From Blastocladiella emersonii ATCC 22665 (lineage: Eukaryota; Fungi; Blastocladiomycota): 64,000 bases of DNA. The stretch spans positions 806,001-870,000 of the forward strand of contig JANHCV010000004.1 in the NCBI GenBank assembly GCA_025594325.1, read 5' to 3'. The translations under genes and the position numbers were made by a program. Shown piece after piece: positions 32,806 to 42,020 of the stretch; within the stretch, counting starts at the first letter, position 1; each line of letters starts with the position of its first letter. Below the pieces are notes generated by a model. The model worked only from the letters and a program-made list of their open reading frames with translations, had not been told where the DNA came from and did not search any database.

Positions 32806-34707
32806 CTACATGGTTGGTTTGCGCGAGCGAAACAGCCCGCCCTTCTTCTCCTCGCGCAGCGGGACCGGCCCACCGCCGCCAGTGCCACCGCCTCCACCCG
32901 GCTCTTCGGCCAGCTCGCTGCCGCGCACGTTGTTCCCGCTGCCCGGCCGCGACAGCGACACCTTGTCCTTGATCCGCGACCACATGGACGCGCGCGCCGC
33001 CGTCGACCCCGTGGTCGCTGTGGACGCGATGCTCGCAATCGAGTGCGTGCTCGACCGCGCTGACGCCGATGGCGCCGACTTGGTGCTGCTGACCGACTGC
33101 TTGCGCTTGCTACTGCTGCTGACCGTCGGCGAAGTCGCCATGACCACGCCTGAGGGACCGCTGCTGCTGCCGCCGGGACCTGGCCGCGACGACGGGTGGT
33201 CGTCCCACGCGCCCTTGGGCCGCGGGATCACCGTGATCCCGAACTCGCGCGCGATGGCTTCGGGGACCTCGGGCTCGTGCACGTGCGCGTGCGGCGTCGA
33301 CGTCGCCGTGACGGTCGCGGATGAGGGTGCAGCGGAGGCGAGAGAACTCGACGAAGCCGCGGCGGCCGTCGCGAACGTCGTTGACACCTTCTTGCGTAGG
33401 TGGACGAGCGCGGCGTCGTTGGACAGCGTCGACGCGGCGGCCACGCCGGCCATGGACCGCGGGCGGCTCATGTGCGACGTCGACGAGGCTGGCGCGCGAC
33501 GCGATGCGCTGCCAAGCGCGGTCGACGTCACCGTGTGCGGCGACAGGAACCCGCCGCCGCTGGTCGAGGATCGCTCCGGGTTGGACCCGGCGCGCGGCCG
33601 CACGTCGTGCGCCGACGCGGACGTCCACGAGCCCGCCCCGCCGCTGCCGGCGGACCCCGAGTCGACCGACGTGCCGTCGAGCCGCACGATGTTCCCGAGC
33701 TCATTGATGGCGAACTCGGAGCACGTTGCCGCCGCGCCGCCGCCAGGTGCACCGCCGCGGTGGTCGTCGCGACCGACGTCGTCGGGCGTGGTGATGAAGT
33801 TGAGAATGTCCTCGGCCGATACGGACCCGAGCGACAGCCGCGAGATGACCTTGATGTCGGTCAGCTGGGTGCGGAACACGACGGCCTTGACCCCCGGGAC
33901 GCGGTGCGTGCACGCCGACGCGGACGATTTCGGCGGGAGCGGCAGCCGCAGGATCCCGCGCAGCGGCTGCGCATGCAGGCCCGGCCGGTGGTGGTCCTCG
34001 TCGGCGCCGGCCGCGTGGGCCGTGGATACGTCCGGGTCGCTGACGCGGCGGATCTCGATGCGCGGCGGCACGGGCGACTGCGGGGGTTGCTCGGCGGGGA
34101 CCGACTCGAGCGTCAGGATGATCTCGTCCTCGGTAATGGTGGTCTCGATTTCGACGACGGGCAGCGCAGCGGTCGCGGCAGCGGCGGGTGAGGGCGAGGA
34201 CGTGTCGGCGAGCGCAGTCCCCATCGAGCCGTTGGACAGCGACGAGAACGACCGGTGCGACCGCCGCGAGCCCTGCAGCGGCGACGAAGTCGACAGGTTG
34301 CTCTGCGAGTGCGTCGGCGGCCGCTGCTGCTTAGCGGGCTTGCTCGCGGGCGGGCTGCCGCCGGATACGGCGACGGATGGTGTGACGACAGCTGGTGGTG
34401 CGGGATCGGCGACGGCGACGGGTGCCGTCGAGCTGTCCCTGCGTTTCGAGCGGCCCGTCGGTGAGCCGTGACCTGTGGCGGATGCCTGCTTTGGGGAAGC
34501 AGGCGCCGGCGCCGGCGCAGTCTGCTTGGGCGATCCAGGGGCAGCCGGCGCCGCTGGAAGACCGTGCAGCCGCGCGACCGCCTCGACGGCGGCCAGCGTC
34601 TTGGGTGACGGCGGCGCGACGATCACGAGCGGCTCATCGAAGTCGAGCGAGGCCACGGGCGGTGGCGGCGGCGGCAGCTTGGGCGGGATGGCGGCGCTGT
34701 TGGGCAT
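32806..34707 (-). CDS. Hypothetical low-complexity Ser/Ala/Pro-rich protein (~633 aa from ATG 34707)
   Basis: Long ORF with GC3 bias and short ordered patches (RGILRLP, KAVVFRTQLTDIKVISRL, REFGITVIP). Confidence 0.7.
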   Translation of the reverse strand: MPNSAAIPPKLPPPPPPVASLDFDEPLVIVAPPSPKTLAAVEAVARLHGLPAAPAAPGSPKQTAPAPAPASPKQASATGHGSPTGRSKRRDSSTAPVAVADPAPPAVVTPSVAVSGGSPPASKPAKQQRPPTHSQSNLSTSSPLQGSRRSHRSFSSLSNGSMGTALADTSSPSPAAAATAALPVVEIETTITEDEIILTLESVPAEQPPQSPVPPRIEIRRVSDPDVSTAHAAGADEDHHRPGLHAQPLRGILRLPLPPKSSASACTHRVPGVKAVVFRTQLTDIKVISRLSLGSVSAEDILNFITTPDDVGRDDHRGGAPGGGAAATCSEFAINELGNIVRLDGTSVDSGSAGSGGAGSWTSASAHDVRPRAGSNPERSSTSGGGFLSPHTVTSTALGSASRRAPASSTSHMSRPRSMAGVAAASTLSNDAALVHLRKKVSTTFATAAAASSSSLASAAPSSATVTATSTPHAHVHEPEVPEAIAREFGITVIPRPKGAWDDHPSSRPGPGGSSSGPSGVVMATSPTVSSSSKRKQSVSSTKSAPSASARSSTHSIASIASTATTGSTAARASMWSRIKDKVSLSRPGSGNNVRGSELAEEPGGGGGTGGGGPVPLREEKKGGLFRSRKPTM

Positions 34708-35162
34708 GGTGGCGGACGCCTTGCATGGAGTAGTAGCATGGGGGGTGGCAGCGCGGGCCCAGGTGGTAGTGTATGATCCAGTGCGCTCAGTTGGGTTCTC
34801 AAGGCATGCGTGAAATAGATTTGCGAGCGCGCGGAATTGGAGCCCAGCGCGCGCGGGGTCGAGAATACAATCGAGGGGGCGGCGTTTTTCCCACTGGAAA
34901 CACGGTGTGAGGGAAGCGCGATGGCAGCGGTGGGGAACGCGTTTGCGTGGTGGCGAAACGCGTCCCCAAGACGCGTCTCGCACCAGGTTCGGGTGCGAGA
35001 CACGACTGCACGTGCGCTCAGGTCGCGGCGATCGGATTGCCCACGCGCGGCTTTAAGACCGCGAAGACTCGGCCAGGGTGAGCACGAAATCCCCGACGGC
35101 AGCAAATGAGTGGCACCCGTCAAGTCGGCGATCGGCGAGAGAGAAAGTGTCTCGCACGACTC

Positions 35163-35185
35163 ACGTGATATCGAAACGCGTCTCG
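35163..35185 (+). promoter_or_regulatory. Bipartite motif copy
   Basis: ACGTGAT ATCGAA ACGCGTCTCG, preceded by AAAGTGTCTCGCAC. Confidence 0.55.
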
Positions 35186-35448
35186 ACCGACGAGTCCAGC
35201 GCGCGCGTCCGGCGCCTGCTCATGCGGGCGCTCCGGCTACTCCTGTTACTTTTCACCCGAAAACTTCATAGACGAGGTGTTTTATTCGGAGAACGAATGT
35301 GAGAAACTTGGGCCCTCACGGTTGCGACGCGGATCCAGCGACGTGTGCGACGAGCGCGATCCAAGAGTTTGTTCGCTCACGGGCAACCTTTCAGTACAAT
35401 AAACGTTCCATTCAGATGACTATGACGCGCGAGAGGTTTAGGTCATCA

Positions 35449-37794
35449 TTACTGAGAGGACCCACGAGGCGCAACGCGCTTGAGCTCTGCAAGGCACTTG
35501 AAACGCATGTCGCGCTTGCACAAGCTTAAAGCGCGCTCGATCCATGCGACATCTCGAACAGCATCAAGCGCGCCGCCTGGAACCTGGCGCCAGAAGTCGG
35601 CAACGGCCGGGAACTCGTTGTTGTCTACGATGTCAAGCAGCACCCCAAGGTCGACGCGAATGAGGATCCGGAACAGCTCGCACTCGGTAAATTCGACATT
35701 GTGAAGGTGGCAAGTGTTAAGCAAAGAAGGATACTCCGATGACGGGGACACCTGTCGGAAGTAGCTGTCGAATATGGCAAGGATCGCGTTCCGGCCGAAA
35801 ACTGGCAATTGCAGAAGCCCGCCACCGCTCATGGTGATGAGGTCGGAAAGCGTCGCAAACCACGGCGCCTGGCCGGCCAGCGGACACTGCATGCATGTCC
35901 GGTCGTCGTTGGGTCCGACTGTGAGTGAGCTGCAAATTGCGATGCAGTCCGATCGACTCTGCGCTTGGATCATGATACCGAGCAACTTCGGCGCGAGATC
36001 CGACTGCTGCTCAATTTCGCGCTTCACTCGATCACGCGTCGTTGGGCTCTGAATCGCTGTAACAATGAGCCAGTGGGCCGAACCGAGTTTGATGCAGCTG
36101 CTCTCGGGCTCCCGAGCGATGAGGTTCAGTACGAGCTCGAACAACTCCATGGTGAATGTGTTGGTCGGTTTGGCAAAAAACGCGTCAAATCGCTTCAACG
36201 CAGTGTCGTCAAGCGATTTCCGTTGCTTCTCCTGTTCAGTCGGATCGCGCCCGGTGAGAATGCAAGTCGCAAACTCGTCCAAGAGGGAGGCTGCCGTGTC
36301 GCGCAAGGACTCCTGTGCAAACTCAAAGACTCGACGCGCGCAAGGCAAGTGCGGCGAGTAAGTGTTGAGGCAGACATGAAATGCTAATCGCGAGCGCAAG
36401 CCGTTGTTAGGGAGGTCTCCGGACAATGAATGATTAGAAATCGGCGTACCATGAAGGATTGCGTCGCAAAGGGAGGAGCCAGCGACACGAACGATTTCGC
36501 ACTTGAGATCGGGGAAAGTCCGCTCAACATCCTCGAGAAGCACCTGCGAGATGAGGTACGCAAGCGTCTCCATGTCAAGGAGCCGTTCGGACGCAAGCAC
36601 ACCAAGCACTTGAGTTGATGTATTGGCTGAACCTCGACGGGCAGCAACAACGAGCTTTGCGCGGTGCAAGGGTGACGCGATGGACAGTAGCTGGGCGGGA
36701 TAGTGCATAAGCACGTGGCAGAGTGCGTCGTTGATGTATGGTTTCGTTGGAAGCTCGAGCATGCCCAACAGGACAGTTTGATATGCGATCGAAGGCACCT
36801 CGCGGAAGAGCCAGTCAAGAGTGCTTGATACGTCCAGCTGTGTTCGATATTTTGCGGGGGGATGACGCTTGAGTATCGCGAGTCGGTCAAAGGTGTTAGC
36901 ACAGACAATGGACACCTTTTGCAGGTCAACGACGAGACCAAGTTCGGTGAGTGCAGTCAGGAAGCCAGAGTTCCAGGAAAAGATGGCAAGCAACACCAGG
37001 AATTCGAGCAAGGTCAAGGGCCATAGGAACTCGAGGTAAGGGGACATGTAGGAACGCACAAGTGTGCCGTGAAGCAGGGGCCACTTGTTACTAGAGACCT
37101 GGAGCAGCTCTGGTGCCCACTCGACCGTGTTGTTGAGTACCCGACGTGCCGCTGTCGAATCACCGTGAACGACGATATTCGTGAGCAATTGGACCTGGGA
37201 AAAGACGGGCGAGTCGGTGCAAGGCGGAAGTCCTTGAAGCCGAGGATAGAATCGTGTCCAGCCCTGGAGGTATGAGGTCGCAAGATTTGTCGGAATGGCA
37301 TCTAGATTGCTGGAGATGCCCGGTTTGGACCGGTTATTGTCAGGCGAGGTTGCGAGTTTGACAAGATGGTCGGGATCCGAGATCCAACTCGCGCGGAGCG
37401 GCTGTACGAGGTCGAGAAGGACAAGGGAGGTCGCAAAAAAGAAGTGGTGGCTGGGGAAATTTCGGGGGCTCGGCCCAATAAACTCGAAGTAGCTGTCGAG
37501 GTCAGTGACAGTGATCAGATGACGCTCTGGGCGGAACTGGCGATACTCGTCGGCCAGCGCCTTGAGTAGCCACAGCCTCAAGCGGCGACGGTTCCAAACG
37601 CGCTCGACGCCCCATTCAGAGGCAAAGTCGCACAAATCGCGCGTGGCGATCGAGACGCAGCTGCGCGGTTCGGCAAGCTGGAGGACTGAAACGAACAGCT
37701 CGTACGGGAGCAGGCCGAGTTCGAACACGTCGGCGCTGTCGCCAACGATGTTGGCGTCAGCGCCAGGAAGGTTTTGCATAAAGTCACAGCTCAT
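35449..37794 (-). CDS. F-box-like array copy 1 (apparently intact, ~759 aa after splicing intron 36384-36449)
   Basis: LGLLPYELFVSVLQLAEPR...WGVERVWNRRRL; core PVFSQVQLLTNIVVHGDSTAARRVL; CMQCPLAGQAPWFATLSDL; CHLHNVEF. The GTACGC..CCTAAC..TAG intron position is shared with paralogs. Confidence 0.85.
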   Translation of the reverse strand: MSCDFMQNLPGADANIVGDSADVFELGLLPYELFVSVLQLAEPRSCVSIATRDLCDFASEWGVERVWNRRRLRLWLLKALADEYRQFRPERHLITVTDLDSYFEFIGPSPRNFPSHHFFFATSLVLLDLVQPLRASWISDPDHLVKLATSPDNNRSKPGISSNLDAIPTNLATSYLQGWTRFYPRLQGLPPCTDSPVFSQVQLLTNIVVHGDSTAARRVLNNTVEWAPELLQVSSNKWPLLHGTLVRSYMSPYLEFLWPLTLLEFLVLLAIFSWNSGFLTALTELGLVVDLQKVSIVCANTFDRLAILKRHPPAKYRTQLDVSSTLDWLFREVPSIAYQTVLLGMLELPTKPYINDALCHVLMHYPAQLLSIASPLHRAKLVVAARRGSANTSTQVLGVLASERLLDMETLAYLISQVLLEDVERTFPDLKCEIVRVAGSSLCDAILHGTPISNHSLSGDLPNNGLRSRLAFHVCLNTYSPHLPCARRVFEFAQESLRDTAASLLDEFATCILTGRDPTEQEKQRKSLDDTALKRFDAFFAKPTNTFTMELFELVLNLIAREPESSCIKLGSAHWLIVTAIQSPTTRDRVKREIEQQSDLAPKLLGIMIQAQSRSDCIAICSSLTVGPNDDRTCMQCPLAGQAPWFATLSDLITMSGGGLLQLPVFGRNAILAIFDSYFRQVSPSSEYPSLLNTCHLHNVEFTECELFRILIRVDLGVLLDIVDNNEFPAVADFWRQVPGGALDAVRDVAWIERALSLCKRDMRFKCLAELKRVAPRGSSQ

Positions 37795-37893
37795 AATATT
37801 TTCATTCGAATGCGTGGCGATGGTCCTGAGAGAGACCGCACCGAGGCCAGCGTTGGCCCCGGTTCTCACGCTCACCCCGCCGCTTACCCAAAA

Positions 37894-37916
37894 ACGTGAT
37901 TTCTCGACGCGTCTCG
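37894..37916 (+). promoter_or_regulatory. Bipartite motif ~100 nt upstream of copy 1 ATG
   Basis: ACGTGAT TTCTCG ACGCGTCTCG. Confidence 0.6.
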
Positions 37917-37991
37917 CGTTTTGACTTTCTACGCGAAAACACCCCGGGGTCGAACGACACGATTTGTATCAGCACAAAACACGAAATCATA

Positions 37992-39290
37992 CTAAATGTT
38001 CTGGGAACCGAGCTGAGCGACGCGCCGAACCTCCGCGATGCTCGCCGCGTTGCGCCGCTGCGTGCACAAAACGGCCAGGCCTCGAACCCACGCCACGTTT
38101 CGGACCGTATCAAGCGCGCCATCGGAAACCAGTCTCCAGAAGCTAGCGTTCGTCGGGCATCCACTCTTGTCCACAACGGGTAACAGCCCGCCAAGGTCAG
38201 TGTTGATAAAGGTGCGGAGCGTCTCACGCGTCGAGGGCTCGAAGAAGTGCGTGCGGCATGTTTCGGAGAGCCGCACAGGCTCCACGCTAGCCCTATTGTG
38301 GCCATGCGGTTGATCGAGGCGCGAAACGACGTTGAAGAGCTTGCGGATCACAGCTTTGACGTACTTCGGCTGCTTTGAGAGTTCATCGGTCAGTGCCACA
38401 AGGTCAGCCAGCGTCGCAAACCACGCCGCCTGGCCCAACAGAGCACACTGGTCGCAAGTGCGCGAGTCGCCGTCTTGACCAAGCACAAGCGATGCAGGCG
38501 TGCGGCACTTGCCGGGTTCAAGTTGGGCAACAATCATCATCCAGAGTAGCTTTCGTGCGATATACGATTGTGCTTGGATTCGGTGCGTAGCGGTGTCCCG
38601 CGTCGAAGGGTTCTGAAACGCCACCACGATGAGCCAGTGAGCGCAGGCATAATCAGAGCAATCGGCGACGCTCGTCTGGTTCAAAAGCACAAGCAGGAGT
38701 TCGAAGAGCCCTAAAACGTTCACGTTCGTTGGGTTGGCAAAGACGGTGGAGTATCGCACCTGAGGAGTGCTGGATATGGGCAAGGGCCGCTTGCGCCGCT
38801 GCTTTCTGTTCTGGGGCTGTGCGCTGCCCACAAGAATGATGGCAGCAAATCTGTCAAGGAGGTCGGTTAGTTCGAGGGTGCAGATCCTTTTACCCGAAAA
38901 TAAGGGGAAAACCTGCTGTTCAATAAGCAACCAAATATGATAACAAAAACGTCACGAGTTGCGCGTCCCGAGCACCTTAGGGGTTCGCCAATGATCTCAA
39001 GCGGCTTGCGCGCGAGACTCGGGTTCGAGGCTATCTGAGCGAGAGAGCGGTTCCGCGTCGCCGTGTGCTAGGACCTCGTGATGACGAGCCATGTACTCCT
39101 CGCAGTCAGCTTCAATGGCTCGGTTGAGGACACCAGTGCCACTAATCGCGTTCTGGAGAACCAAGACTGCGAGTTCGGCGCGCTGCTTGGGCGTCGCGCT
39201 TGAAAGCGGCTTCTCAAGGTATCGGGTGAGCGCGTGCGACAGGACCTCGTGCATGCGCGGTTTCATGAGGTGCAAGAGCATGTTCAGGAC
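37992..39290 (-). pseudogene. F-box-like array copy 2 (deleted: mid fragment ~39100-39290 plus C-terminal domain 37992-~38770)
   Basis: LLHLMKPRMHEVLSHAL...QRAELAVL matches the mid-region of paralogs. VFANPTNV...AHWLIVVAFQNP...CDQCALLGQAAWFATLADL matches the C-terminus. No N-terminus. Confidence 0.8.
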
Positions 39291-39379
39291 GAGCTCTCTC
39301 CCAACTCGCTCTGAGGCAGCACGGATAAGATTTTACCCGGCGGATCATCAAGTTGCAACAGAATACAAAGTACATTACA

Positions 39380-41856
39380 CTACAGCTCTTGAGATCCAAC
39401 GGGCGCAGCGCGAACAATCTGCGCGACGCTCTCAGGACGGCCTTCGCGCTTACACGCCGCGATCATGTCCTGAACCCTTGCGGCATCGCAGGCCTCGTCA
39501 AGGGCGCCGTCAGGGATCAGGCGCCAAAAGTCGGTCATGGTCGGGCATGCGTCTTCCGCGACGATGTTGAGAAGATCGCCAAGGTCCGCGCGGATCAGGA
39601 CCCGCATCAGCTCGCGGACGGGAAACTCGATGTTGTGCGCGCGGCATGCCTTGGACAGCTTGGCGGCCTTCTTGGTCCCACGCTTGAGATCGTACGGACG
39701 ATCCAGACACGAGCTCTGGTCCATGAGCTGGCGGACCGCCGTCTCGGCGAACGCGGGAAGCTGCAGAACCCCGTCGCCGCTCCCGCTCATGTCGAGCAGG
39801 TCGGCAAGCGTCGCGAACCACGCCGGCTGGCCCAAAAGATCGCACCGGCAGCAAGTCTGCTTACCTTCAGCGCCGACCGTAACGGATCCGCGGGTGCGGC
39901 AGCCGCCGACCTGGAGTTGCGCAGCGGCCATGATCCCGAGCAGCTTGTGCGCGAGATCCTCATCGTCGTCCTCCTTGACTCGGCGCATGGCGGCGGCTCG
40001 CGTCGCAGGGTTTTGGAAAGCAGTGACGATTAGCCAGTGTGCAGAGGTGAAATCAGCACACTTCTCCTCGGGAGAAGCAGCGATGATGCGCATGGCGAGA
40101 TCGAACAGCTCCAAGACGTGGACGTTGGTCGGGTTGGCAAAAACCGCGTCAAATCGCTTCCACGCCTTGGCGAGCGGCCGCCGCTCAATCTTGATCAACG
40201 GATCCCGCCCAGTGCGAATGGCCGAAGCAAGTCGTTCAATGAACGAGGATACCTTGCTGGGAAGATGTCTATGGACAAAGTCAAAGATGCGGCGCGGCCC
40301 AATTTTGCCCGACTCTGGCGACATGAGGCATGAGAAGAAGGCTACACACATTGCAATTGAGCAACTGGTGTCAGCGCAGAACAAATTTGCGCCATTCCGT
40401 CAGTTTCCGTACCGTCAAGAACCACGATTTCAATCCACGAGCCAGCGTGTTTGATCACCTCGGACTTGACGAGCTCAGCCAAAGTCCGCTCGCACTCCTT
40501 GCTCAGCGCATGTTGCAGGAGGAGCACGAGGGTGGGCTCATCGTACATCCCAGGCTCATTCATTTCAAGCAGCACTCCGGCCGAATTGGGAAGTGTGCCC
40601 TGGTAAGCTAACAAGGCCAGCTGGGCGCGCTGCGGAGAAGTAGCACTGCGAAGCATCCGATGGGTGTGACGAGCGAGCGCGTGGTCAAGCGCGTCATCCA
40701 TGCCCGGTCGCATGAGACACGCAAGCACGCACGATAGAAGTCCAGGTGATCCCGAAGGATTCGCGAACGCGCAGTCTATGGCCGTCGAATCCGTAGTCAA
40801 CATGATGTGCTCGATGAACCAGTCGAGCGTTCGCGACACGTCGCCGGCCGCGCGCGCGTTCTTGGGGAAGAAGCGTTCGATCACCTCGACGTGATTGATG
40901 CGATAAAGACACACGTCCTCCAGGGCGTCCCAGTAGTCCATGCCGTTGGGATCGGGGAGACTGCTAAGAAAGTTGGGTTTCCAGGTAAGCATAGCGAGAA
41001 GCGCCAGGTAACCTTCCAAAGTCATTGGGACGAGAGTTTGATTGGGTTTGAGCAAGATGGAGCTCAGCGGAGTGCGGAGAACTGAGAGCCAATTATCGCT
41101 GGAAGCGTTGAGCAACTCGGGCGCCCGCTCCTTAGTGTGTTCGAGAACCAAGCAAGCGGCAGAGTCGTTGCCAACAGCAACGGCGTGGATGAGCAGTGGA
41201 ACGAGGGAGAACACGGGCGCGTTGGTGCATGACGGTAGAGGACTGGCTGAGTTGACGAAAAAAGGATCAAAAGAATTCGGGCAAAAATGAGGGCCGACGA
41301 GTGTGCCAAGCCGCGCGAAATAGGCATCTACCGTGGCCGCTGCCTGTTCATCGCCATTTCTCTGCAGTTCTGCAATCATAGCTGCGGTGAGAGCAGTATA
41401 CGCGTTGGAAGCGGTTGCGACAACGTCGAGAATATGATCGTCGGGAGCCCACGATGCACGAAGCGGCTGAACGAGCTCGAGGAAGATATCCGAAGCCACG
41501 CGGTAAAAATTACGATTAGGCAAGTGAAGGGAGTCTACGCTGTTGGCAACTTGGAGGAAAGCGTCAAGATTGGTACGCGGGGGGTCGAGCGGGTTAAGTT
41601 TGTCGTGCTTGGTGTTGTTGAGCCACATTGCAAGGCGGCGACAATTCCAGACTCGCTCGACCTCCCACTCGGTAACAAGCCCATGAAGCTCGCGAGAGGA
41701 AGTGGAGACGCAGTCGCGCGGCTCAACAAGCTTCATAACCACAAGAAGTAACTCGGTCGGAAGCGCGTCGAGACCGAGAATCCCGACGTCGCTGGCCGAG
41801 CGCTCCAAGGCATCGGCATCGGTGCCCAGAGCAGGTTGCATAGAGTCTTGATTCAT
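39380..41856 (-). CDS. F-box-like array copy 3 (apparently intact, 801 aa; intron 40342-40412)
   Basis: LDALPTELLLVVMKLVEPR...WEVERVWNCRRL. The GTACGG..GCTGAC..TAG intron joins the 537-aa and 334-aa ORFs in frame (D|AFFSCL). CCRCDLLGQPAWFATLADL; CRAHNIEF. Confidence 0.85.
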
Positions 41857-41941
41857 AGTACTTTCATGGGCGTTCAGAGCAGTGGTCCTCAGAGGAGCTG
41901 CGGTGCTGCTCGGCCATCGCATTTTTGGTCTCCTGTTCGAA

Positions 41942-41964
41942 ACGTGATTTTGCAACGTGTCTCA
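41942..41964 (+). promoter_or_regulatory. Bipartite motif ~85 nt upstream of copy 3 ATG
   Basis: ACGTGAT TTTGCA ACGTGTCTCA. Confidence 0.55.
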
Positions 41965-42020
41965 CGGCTATCTCAGCCGTCGCGACGCGCAGCTAACTCG
42001 CCCTGATCTACTCGGAAATA

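Noticed and set aside
40342-40412. Apparent frameshift between the 537-aa and 334-aa ORFs of array copy 3
   Set aside because: Explained by a canonical 71-nt intron with a branch site, at the same position as in copies 1 and 4.
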